Shown here: piece by piece, positions 1-6,989 of the stretch
How positions within the stretch are numbered: the stretch's first letter is position 1
Layout of the letters: each line of letters starts with the position of its first letter
NCBI GenBank assembly: GCA_009787355.1
Contig: WRGD01000122.1
Span: forward strand, 1-21,991
Direction: 5' to 3'
Length of the DNA stretch: 21,991 nucleotides
Origin: Defluviitaleaceae bacterium
GTDB taxonomy: Bacteria > Bacillota > Clostridia > Lachnospirales > UBA5962
The notes under the pieces: model-generated
The model's database searches: none
Told to the model about the DNA's origin: nothing
What the model saw: only the letters and a program-made list of their open reading frames with translations
Position numbers and translations under genes: made by a program

Positions 1-26
1 AAAAAAAAAAAAAAAAAAAAAAAAAA
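1..26. repeat. poly(A) homopolymer tract (26 nt) at the window edge
   Basis: Uninterrupted run of 26 A read directly from the sequence. May be a genuine homopolymer, a phase-variable tract or an assembly edge artefact. Confidence 0.9.
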
Positions 27-62
27 TAATATTTTACGAAAAATAAAAATTGGAGGAAATCA

Positions 63-1109
63 ATGTTTGAAAAATACACAAAGGAACAATTACTAGAAGA
101 ATTTTTTGAGACAGGTAACAATGGAGAAACTGAAAAAATAAAAATAGTTGAAGAAAAAATAAAAAGATATAGAAATAAAAATGGCTACGACAAACAAGTT
201 GAAGATGTTCTACTTTTAATTAAAATGTTTAAATCGGAAGCTAAATTTAGCGATTTCGAAGAATCTTCTAAAATCGTATTCCCAATACTTGAAAGAGCTC
301 GTATTCAAATAGACCTAGATTTAACTGATATTAGAATTATGGCAACAGCTGTTAGTCATACAAAAAATTATCGCCAATCTTTTTTACTTGGCGAAAAATT
401 ATTAAGATATTTAGAAAAATATAGTAATCATTATAAACATCCTCGTATACAAATGGTTGTACATTCAGGTGTTTCTTCTAGATTAGTGCGTTCAAAATAT
501 TATGATAATGTATCAGATTACGAAGAGTTAAGAAAATACTTCTTGTTACATATAGAAAAAGCTATTGGGTTGTGTAAAAAAGAAAAATTTAAAGACTTTC
601 TTGGTGTAAATGTTGTTATGAAAGGGATTTTCCTAGGCGATTTTGATATTGTTCAAAAAGGTTTAAGTTTAGCTGCAGAATATGGAAATCATGCACTTTA
701 TGAAATGTTATTACTTATGATAAAAGAATATAAATCATTTATTGAATTTCCTATAACAACAGCACAATTAAAAACTATACTTGGTAAAAATATAAAAATG
801 CTTCGTAAAGCAAATAAGATTAGTGTAGAAGAACTATCAGATATGTTGGGTATTGCTAGTAGTTCTACTTTAAGGCATATAGAAAGAGGCTCTCAGGAAC
901 CTAGTATAGTTATTTTACTTAAATTATCTAAAATTTTTAACGTTTCTATAAATTCTCTTTTTCAAGATTCAAGTAATGAATCATTACAAATAGATAGCAA
1001 TTCATTAAAATTAAATGAAATTAGAACAATGATAATGAAACTAGATGCTAAAGAGCTAAAATATTTTGAAAGTATGCTTAGACAAATGCTAGATTTAAGA
1101 AAAGAATAA
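63..1109 (+). CDS. XRE-family HTH transcriptional regulator. ~230-aa N-terminal helical domain, Cro/C1-type HTH near the C-terminus (about aa 236-300), ~45-aa tail
   Basis: SD GGAGG 6 nt upstream of the ATG. The C-terminal segment LKTILGKNIKMLRKANKISVEELSDMLGIASSSTLRHIERGSQEPSIVILLKLSKIFNVSINSLF fits the HTH_3 (XRE) pattern. No motif recognised in the N-terminal 230 aa. Confidence 0.75.
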   Translation: MFEKYTKEQLLEEFFETGNNGETEKIKIVEEKIKRYRNKNGYDKQVEDVLLLIKMFKSEAKFSDFEESSKIVFPILERARIQIDLDLTDIRIMATAVSHTKNYRQSFLLGEKLLRYLEKYSNHYKHPRIQMVVHSGVSSRLVRSKYYDNVSDYEELRKYFLLHIEKAIGLCKKEKFKDFLGVNVVMKGIFLGDFDIVQKGLSLAAEYGNHALYEMLLLMIKEYKSFIEFPITTAQLKTILGKNIKMLRKANKISVEELSDMLGIASSSTLRHIERGSQEPSIVILLKLSKIFNVSINSLFQDSSNESLQIDSNSLKLNEIRTMIMKLDAKELKYFESMLRQMLDLRKE

Positions 1110-1134
1110 TTAAATATGGAAGGAGGTGTGTGTA

Positions 1135-1212
1135 ATGGCATTGATTTTATACTTAACAAATTCAAGATACTCAATTCTTAGTCCTTTTTTGTGGCCTACA
1201 GTTACTGGTTAA
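1135..1212 (+). CDS. small peptide ORF (25 aa: MALILYLTNSRYSILSPFLWPTVTG), candidate signalling or pro-peptide
   Basis: Near-consensus SD AAGGAGGTG at 1120-1128, 8 nt before the ATG at 1135. Lies 26 nt downstream of the regulator stop and upstream of the hairpin terminator at 1277-1310. Hydrophobic and aromatic (W,F,Y) composition. Confidence 0.4.
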   Translation: MALILYLTNSRYSILSPFLWPTVTG

Positions 1213-1276
1213 ATTAAACTGTTATATCTAAAATAACAATAATTGAGTATGTTCCTATATTGAAAAAAAGGAAGAC

Positions 1277-1310
1277 AAAAATAGCCCATTTTAAAAAAAT
1301 GGGCTATTTT
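1277..1310. terminator. palindromic hairpin (AAAATAGCCCATTTT / AAAATGGGCTATTTT) flanked by A/T runs; bidirectional terminator between the regulator/peptide unit and the convergent Rpn gene
   Basis: Perfect inverted repeat with a GC core (TAGCCCA/TGGGCTA) read from the sequence. Located between convergent genes. Confidence 0.6.
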
Positions 1311-1423
1311 GTATATACTTATTAAATTCAATAAATTATAGATTTAGGAATCAATATATGTATCATGGACAAAATTAGAATACATAATCCAATTAAAGCT
1401 ATTGTTCATTTCTTATTTATAAA

Positions 1424-2509
1424 TTATGGTAATATTTTATGCTCTTCTCCTCTAAGCTCTTCTATAATTTCATTAAGTTCCTCTAGGGTTAATCCTATTT
1501 TTCTTGACATATCTATTATTATCCCTTCTGGATAATTTGACATTATTGCTTCTTTTAGAAAATCTAGTTTGCCTTTTTCAATTCCTCTTTCAATTCCTTT
1601 TTCAATGCCTTTTTCAATGCCTTTTTCTATTCCTCTTTCCAAAGCATTCTTCTCAAGTTCTTCTGAATAACTATAATATTTTACTTCTTTAAATCCTTTT
1701 AACATTTCCTCTACTTCCTTTCTTAATGGATTATCTTCTTTTATATATTTTTTTGCTATATATTCTGCTATATAATTCATTACTGTTACCCAGTCTAATA
1801 TTGCTTTTTTTGATACTTCTTCTTTTTCTACTAATTCTATAAAACTTTTATTTAATCTCTCCATATGTTCTTTGAATTTTTTTGTACTTTCCAAATTTAA
1901 CTCATCATTTCTTACTTCTTTTCTAAATTTTAATGTAGTAAATGGCAGTAACATCTTTTTACTTGATTTCATTAAATCTTCTATACTATATTCCCATAGC
2001 TTTATAATAGGATATTTTTGTACCATTTTATTTCCTGTGTCTTTGTTTATAAAATTAATTATATAATTATCTGGTACATCTTTGCTTTCTTCTAGTTGTA
2101 TTATAGACATACTTGGTAATTCTATTTCTACTTCATATTTATTACTAATATCGATATTTTTTAATTGATTTAATACAATATTTAATTGATAATCTATAGC
2201 TCTAATTATCATTGTTTTATCATGCTTTGTTTGAAATTCTAATCCATATATTTTACCTTCTATAGAAAAAACCATGTCCGCATATAATGTATCGAATGTT
2301 ATTTCTTCATTATTGTTATTATTGTCTTTATCATTTTGAATAATTTTAGGTCTTATAAATTCTGCTGATAAATGAACTAATTTTGCAGTATTTGGATTAT
2401 ATCTAGTATTAAATATTTCATTTATTATTTTTATCAATTCTTTTTTATCTGCTGCTACTACACTTTTTATTGCTTCATCTGCTGTTATTTTCTTTTGCGT
2501 TATTTTCAT
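1424..2509 (-). CDS. Rpn-family (YhgA-like, PD-(D/E)XK) recombination-promoting nuclease / putative transposase
   Basis: N-terminal DTLYADMVFSIEGKIYGLEFQTK resembles the Rpn catalytic region (E. coli RpnA: DVLYSVQMQGNPGYLHVVIEHQS). The C-terminal E[KR]GIEKG repeats are characteristic of this family (RpnA has EEKGIEKGIQQG). The ATG at 2509 is coupled to a 3-codon uORF (ATGAACAAATGA); the SD AAAGGAGAG sits upstream. Confidence 0.8.
   Translation of the reverse strand: MKITQKKITADEAIKSVVAADKKELIKIINEIFNTRYNPNTAKLVHLSAEFIRPKIIQNDKDNNNNNEEITFDTLYADMVFSIEGKIYGLEFQTKHDKTMIIRAIDYQLNIVLNQLKNIDISNKYEVEIELPSMSIIQLEESKDVPDNYIINFINKDTGNKMVQKYPIIKLWEYSIEDLMKSSKKMLLPFTTLKFRKEVRNDELNLESTKKFKEHMERLNKSFIELVEKEEVSKKAILDWVTVMNYIAEYIAKKYIKEDNPLRKEVEEMLKGFKEVKYYSYSEELEKNALERGIEKGIEKGIEKGIERGIEKGKLDFLKEAIMSNYPEGIIIDMSRKIGLTLEELNEIIEELRGEEHKILP
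1568..1639. repeat. 6 tandem copies of a 12-nt unit (AATNCCTYTTTC on the plus strand) inside the Rpn CDS, encoding ERGI-EKGI-EKGI-EKGI-ERGI-EKGK
   Basis: Periodicity read directly from 1568-1639: tttgcctttttc aattcctctttc aattcctttttc aatgcctttttc aatgcctttttc tattcctctttc. In-frame (4-aa) units. Confidence 0.9.
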
Positions 2510-2676
2510 TTGTTCATTATACTCTCCTTTGATTTTATTATATCATTAATTTATTTTATTTTGGAGATTAAAAATTTTTATATAAAGGTCCGATATTTTA
2601 ATTTTGATAATCTTATAGCATTAATATAAAAACTATTAAAACAGAGAGCAACCCTGTTCATACTAACATTTTTTTA

Positions 2677-2705
2677 TTGACAAGGGGTGCGGTTAATATT
2701 AAAAT
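2677..2705 (+). promoter_or_regulatory. sigma-A-like promoter TTGACA-17-TAAAAT upstream of the GNAT gene
   Basis: Consensus -35 TTGACA at 2677-2682, 17-nt spacer, TAAAAT at 2700-2705. SD AAGGTGA lies just before the ATG at 2750. Confidence 0.5.
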
Positions 2706-2749
2706 TAGTTTATAATATACTTTATATAGAAAGAACATAAGGTGATTAA

Positions 2750-3430
2750 ATGTATAACATAAGAAATATGATACCCTCTGACAAAAAAGCTGTCAGAAAA
2801 GTAATGTGGCGAGTATTCGGCATTATAAGCCTTGTTGTGCCTGTAGAAAAAATGGGAGCGGTTGCAGTTGATGAAGTAGGTAACATAGTAGCATTTCAAT
2901 TTTACAGCTACAAAAAAAGCAGAGGGCGGATAACGCTACTAGGGGTTTTGCCAGAACACCGAGGTCGTGGTCTTGCAACAAGGCTGATTGAAACTGCAAA
3001 ACAAGAACTTTTTGAAACCTACGGTTGCCACACAATCACAACAGAGGTAACCGACGACAATGTAGCAAGCTTTGGTCAGTTCGAAAAACTTGGCTTTGTT
3101 CGTGCGAATATTTTTAAGCTGTCGTTTCGTGAAGTCATTGGCACGCGTGCCATGTGGATACCTTTTACACAGATATATGTTTGCCACAAAGATGAAAACA
3201 AAACAACAAAAACAAAAGATAACGGTGGATTATTGCACATTGTATTTTTTGTTTTGTTAAATATATTAGTACGCTCTGTTTATGTAAACATATGTCATAC
3301 TAGCTATGATTTTTATGAACTGCTCTTTTGGGCTTATCGTTCACATTTTGGGGCAACTGGTATCCTATCAAATATGAAAACACAAAAGAGTTTAAGCGAG
3401 ATATGGCTATCAATGGATTTTTTAGCATAG
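2750..3430 (+). CDS. GNAT-family N-acetyltransferase. Core is ~aa 1-140; the rest is an atypical low-complexity/hydrophobic tail that may be a read-through or gene-remnant fusion
   Basis: Acetyl-CoA binding motif LLGVLPEHRGRGLATRLIE (Q/R-x-x-G-x-G/A) followed by FGQFEKLGF. The core is ~43% GC against a ~25% genome. The tail after ~3190 reverts to AT-rich and lacks GNAT features. Confidence 0.65.
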   Translation: MYNIRNMIPSDKKAVRKVMWRVFGIISLVVPVEKMGAVAVDEVGNIVAFQFYSYKKSRGRITLLGVLPEHRGRGLATRLIETAKQELFETYGCHTITTEVTDDNVASFGQFEKLGFVRANIFKLSFREVIGTRAMWIPFTQIYVCHKDENKTTKTKDNGGLLHIVFFVLLNILVRSVYVNICHTSYDFYELLFWAYRSHFGATGILSNMKTQKSLSEIWLSMDFLA

Positions 3431-3579
3431 CTACTGTTATAATTATTTATTTGATATCGCCTTTTGATGGGTTTGTGATAAATATCATGGCTTTTTATGT
3501 GCTACGGGAAACAATTCTTATCAATGAAAACACCAGTCGGGTACAGCCATGGTTGCGGGGACTAGCTAAGCATGAGTAA
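3328..3579 (+). other. 83-aa ORF in a different frame overlapping the GNAT tail; GC-richer at its 3' end. Probable gene remnant within the island
   Basis: It overlaps 2750..3430 out of frame, has mosaic GC content (3500-3580 GC-rich) and no recognisable motif. Treated as a decay product rather than a gene. Confidence 0.2.
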
Positions 3580-3627
3580 TAGTCGTGTTTAATATTTTTG
3601 GTTATACTAACACTAAAAAGAATAATT

Positions 3628-3654
3628 AAATGCCCATTAAAAAATGGGCTATTT
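3628..3654. terminator. hairpin (GCCCATT-AAAAA-ATGGGC) immediately 3' of ylmH; its sequence is nearly identical to the hairpin at 1277-1310
   Basis: Read from the sequence: aaatgcccattaaaaaatgggctattt. It overlaps the ylmH stop and is flanked by A/T runs. Confidence 0.55.
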
Positions 3655-4371
3655 GTAAATATGAAATGTAGCTGATTTATTTTGTACATATTTTAATATT
3701 AATTTCCCAAATCCTCTTATACTTATCTCCATATCATTTTTCAACAACTCAAAATTTATTTTATCTTTATATTGCGAAGAATTATTTATATATACTTTAC
3801 TACTTTCGACTAATTTCTGCGATTCACTTCTTGAAATATTAAAACATTTTGAAATTAATTTACTTAATCTAAAATCATCTATTTTTATTTGTATCTCTTT
3901 ATAATTTTCTAGAGGAATAAATAACATTTCCTTATTAGCTAAACTTGTATTTACTCTATTTTTTCCAACACTGCTTAGTCTTACATAAACAAAATCAAAT
4001 ATATCGTTGTCCAGAAAAACAACAACATTTTCATTAAATATAAGTATATCTCCAATTTTGTACCTATCTATTCCCAAAGATAAAATAGAACCAAGTATAT
4101 TCCTATGGCTTACATTTTCCATATTTTTAAAATTTATTTGAAGTGGAGTGATAGGGAAGTTATTTTCCGATATATTATCAAGTGGAGATATAGCAATTTG
4201 GACTCTTTTAGTACCTTCTATACCTCCAAACATAGAAAAATAAAATTTTCCATGTTCTTTTTTTAAAATATCTAAAATTTCATTAGCTTTGTTTATTTGC
4301 AAAAAATCTGTAAATTGTACATTAAACGTTTTTTGACACAAAAAGACCATGTTCAAAACTTTTTTAAACAA
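3649..4371 (-). CDS. ylmH: YlmH-like S4-domain RNA-binding protein (dcw-cluster associated)
   Basis: C-terminal S4-like segment (RLSKLISKCFNISRSESQKLVESSKVYINN...) and a position downstream of sepF-ylmG as in the Bacillus dcw cluster. The start is uncertain: the ORF track gives TTG at 4371, but a strong SD-like AGAGGAGG lies 50 nt upstream with an open in-frame stretch. Confidence 0.65.
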   Translation of the reverse strand: MFKKVLNMVFLCQKTFNVQFTDFLQINKANEILDILKKEHGKFYFSMFGGIEGTKRVQIAISPLDNISENNFPITPLQINFKNMENVSHRNILGSILSLGIDRYKIGDILIFNENVVVFLDNDIFDFVYVRLSSVGKNRVNTSLANKEMLFIPLENYKEIQIKIDDFRLSKLISKCFNISRSESQKLVESSKVYINNSSQYKDKINFELLKNDMEISIRGFGKLILKYVQNKSATFHIYK

Positions 4372-4451
4372 AAGTTTATCTTCAGGTCTTTGTAAATTTA
4401 GAAATGTGTTTATAAGAAAACCTCCTCTAATATGGTAGAATCAAAATTTAT

Positions 4452-4778
4452 CTACATAAAACCATGTAACAGGCTTATAACTATACTCTCAACTATTTGT
4501 ATTAAGAAAAAAAGTATAAGTACAGAAAAATCAATCATCATTCCAGGACCACCCAAAGGAGATTTCATTAAAACACGTCGTATTGGAGAAAGTAAGCTTT
4601 CGGTTAAATTGAAAATTAAGTATGCTATTTTACTATTACGTAAATCCATACTAAATAAACTTAACCAACTTAAAATAATTCTAGCAATTAAAAGTATTCT
4701 AAGAAACAAAAAAAACATACGTACAGCTTCTATTATATTTTGAAACATATTTTTCCTAACTAATAAACTATCATACAA
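4452..4778 (-). CDS. ylmG: YggT-family membrane protein (YlmG)
   Basis: Hydrophobic ~108 aa with the YggT signature LTESLLSPIRRVL..PLGGPGMMIDFSVLI. Lies between sepF and ylmH. Confidence 0.8.
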   Translation of the reverse strand: MYDSLLVRKNMFQNIIEAVRMFFLFLRILLIARIILSWLSLFSMDLRNSKIAYLIFNLTESLLSPIRRVLMKSPLGGPGMMIDFSVLILFFLIQIVESIVISLLHGFM

Positions 4779-4789
4779 TTAAAAAAATT

Positions 4790-5278
4790 TTAATTGTATT
4801 TAAATTTAAAATTAACCTGTTTTGAAACAGTTTTTGCATTTCTCAAAACTTCATCTGCGTTATATACCTCTGCATAACTAGGATATGCTATAAATTGTGA
4901 GGAACCTTCAGAAGCTCTTTTTATATTAAAATCTAGTGCATTTGCAGTTGCAGATATTATATCGGAAAGTCTTTGAGCTGTACCATTGTCTACACCTTCT
5001 AGATTTACAATTACTCTATTATTATTTTTTATACTTTCTACGATTATTGCAGAATCTTCTATTGTTTTTGGTTCAAAAAATTCTATAGAATAATCGGGTG
5101 TTAAATCTGGTTCTTTGTTAAAATTTACAACATTTGAACCACGTGTACGATTATAAGTATTTGTTCTTTTTAGTGGTACTTCTTCGTACTCTTCTTCATA
5201 GTATTCGTATTCATCATCTGCATCTTCACCAATTATAGATGATTTTATTTTTTCAAAAAATTTTTTCATATCGTTCAC
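4790..5278 (-). CDS. sepF: cell division protein SepF
   Basis: N-terminal KKFFEKI...EDADDEYEYYEEEYEE matches B. subtilis SepF (KNFFSMEDEEYEYEY). C-terminal RVIVNLEGVDNGTAQRLSDIISATANALDFNIKRASEGSSQFIAYP matches the SepF core (RAVVVNLQRI...AKRIVDFLSG...IFLCTP). Confidence 0.85.
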   Translation of the reverse strand: MNDMKKFFEKIKSSIIGEDADDEYEYYEEEYEEVPLKRTNTYNRTRGSNVVNFNKEPDLTPDYSIEFFEPKTIEDSAIIVESIKNNNRVIVNLEGVDNGTAQRLSDIISATANALDFNIKRASEGSSQFIAYPSYAEVYNADEVLRNAKTVSKQVNFKFKYN

Positions 5279-5345
5279 ACTTTCTTTAGTATTTGGACTA
5301 CATATTACAAACTTTCATGTAAATGGGATATGTATTTTGATAATT

Positions 5346-5373
5346 ATAGCATAATAATAGAGTTTGTCAATCT
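5346..5373 (-). promoter_or_regulatory. strong sigma-A promoter for the sepF-ylmG-ylmH operon: TTGACA-16-TGcTATAAT (extended -10)
   Basis: Minus strand reads ttgacaaactctattattatgcTATAAT. -35 at 5368-5373, -10 at 5346-5351, TG at -15/-14. Roughly 60-nt leader to the sepF ATG. Confidence 0.55.
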
Positions 5374-5397
5374 AAAAAAAAGTGTTTTTTTCGATAA

Positions 5398-6855
5398 TTA
5401 GTTTTTGTTTTTAGCATTTTCTAATTCTTTTTGCAAAATATTAATAATGTCTTCCATTTCTAATATTCGTTGATTTAATTGCTTTATTTTTCTGAAATAC
5501 ATTTCTTCCTTTTCTTTAAAAATTTCTGCCTGTTTTATGCTACTATCTAGTACATTATCTGTTTGCGATTTTTTTATTTCGAAATTTTCTACTACTCTAT
5601 TATTTCTATTATTTAAATTCGAAAAACTATCAAAAGAAAAAGACCAATGTGGCGGTTCTTCAGTATTTTCTGAAATTATTTGGTTGCTCATTTGATTTGG
5701 TATATCTTGGTTATTAACGTTATACTCTAACATTTTATTTTCTAGATTAACTACTTCCTCTGGTGGTTCTACTTCTATTTTATGAGCATCTTCATATTGT
5801 ACTATATTTTCTATAAATTTTATGTTGTTATTTGCTCTATGATAAAAATTGCTATACATATCCGGTAAAATTTGAATATCCCAAGGATTATACATATCTA
5901 TATATAAATTTCGTACAAAAAAATTTTTTAAATCCATTTTTTCATCAGACAAATATAATCCTCTTTTTGGAAACATACATATTTTATTTTTGTATACAGA
6001 TGGTTTTTCAAATGTATTTGATATTTTTTTAGACACAAAAATTTGATTCTTATATCTAAAAAATATGTATATATCACCCATAATTATATTTATTAAACAA
6101 TTTTCTATTTTTTGGCCTTCCCAAATAAGTATAGGAGGTTCAAAATTGTTTGTTATTTTTTCTTTATAGATAAGTTGATAAGAAAATAATGTTTTTACTA
6201 CGTATATAGAATGTATAGAACTATTTGTTGTTAGAAAACAGCTATCCAAAATTTGATTGTATCCACTATATATCGGTTTAAACTCGCTAAAACCACTTCT
6301 ACTTATTTCTCTATACCCAATATTTTTATGAGTATCTTCTTTTACAAAAGAAATATCTTTTGTGAAAGAATTATTTTTTTTATTTTTCGAGTCTTTAAAA
6401 AACTCTTGTTTATATGTTTTTGACTGATAAAATATCAGCATATGCTCTTTTGTTACTTCTTGTATTTCAAATTCAAAATTTAAATTCTTTATATATTCGT
6501 CTATTAATATTTTATTTTGCCCATCTTCAATATTTATGTATATACTGTCATCTGTATTATATATTAAATTATCTCTCAAAGGATGTATTATGGTATCAAA
6601 TGTTTTTAACGATATTTTTTCTTTTAACCATTTTTCCAAATCGGAAGAAATATATTTTATTACACCATCTTCGTAAATACTGCAATATATTTCTATATTT
6701 TCACCCACCACTATATTAAATTTTCCAAAATAATTATTAACAACTATATACTCTTTAGACCAAAAATCACTTTTATACATTTTATAGCAAATAGCATTGT
6801 TCAAATAATAAAAACATACGGTATTTTCTTTAAATCTAACAATATAATTTGTCAT
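5398..6855 (-). CDS. hypothetical protein (485 aa), soluble, C-terminal coiled-coil; no recognisable catalytic motif
   Basis: Long ORF with SD GAGAGGT 5 nt before the ATG at 6855. Asn/Lys/Ile-rich. C-terminal ~60 aa are heptad-like (QAEIFKEKEEMYFRKIKQLNQRILEMEDIINILQKELENAKNKN). Immediately upstream of the sepF promoter on the same strand. Confidence 0.7.
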   Translation of the reverse strand: MTNYIVRFKENTVCFYYLNNAICYKMYKSDFWSKEYIVVNNYFGKFNIVVGENIEIYCSIYEDGVIKYISSDLEKWLKEKISLKTFDTIIHPLRDNLIYNTDDSIYINIEDGQNKILIDEYIKNLNFEFEIQEVTKEHMLIFYQSKTYKQEFFKDSKNKKNNSFTKDISFVKEDTHKNIGYREISRSGFSEFKPIYSGYNQILDSCFLTTNSSIHSIYVVKTLFSYQLIYKEKITNNFEPPILIWEGQKIENCLINIIMGDIYIFFRYKNQIFVSKKISNTFEKPSVYKNKICMFPKRGLYLSDEKMDLKNFFVRNLYIDMYNPWDIQILPDMYSNFYHRANNNIKFIENIVQYEDAHKIEVEPPEEVVNLENKMLEYNVNNQDIPNQMSNQIISENTEEPPHWSFSFDSFSNLNNRNNRVVENFEIKKSQTDNVLDSSIKQAEIFKEKEEMYFRKIKQLNQRILEMEDIINILQKELENAKNKN

Positions 6856-6989
6856 AGTTACCTCTCAAATAAAAAAATAAAAACTGTCCTTTACATCATT
6901 TCAAATATACTATATACTTATGTTCAAATTATTATTTTATTTCATTTTTTATAATAAATATAAAATTTTGTTAGAAGGAGAGGTTCACT

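Noticed and set aside
962-1174. Antisense/overlapping ORFs from the six-frame track inside real genes (962..1174, 1504..1692, 1872..2066, 2705..2899, 2823..3035, 2939..3187, 3072..3260, 3495..3689, 4432..4743, 5832..6032, 6414..6719, 7604..7846, 8451..8684, 8944..9198, 9305..9601, 11665..11916, 11999..12196, 12130..12480, 12490..12759, 14304..14564, 15811..16023, 15986..16249, 17020..17328, 18019..18438, 18522..18716, 18598..18825, 19249..19869, 20363..20596, 21072..21275)
   Set aside because: All overlap well-supported genes on the opposite strand or in another frame. They have low-complexity Leu/Phe/Ile-rich translations typical of AT-rich antisense frames. They have no SD and no recognisable motifs.
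6856-6989. Divergent promoter elements between the 485-aa gene and lspA
   Set aside because: There are several TATA-like hexamers in pure AT sequence, but no -35/-10 pair with correct spacing stood out. They are not reported as features.
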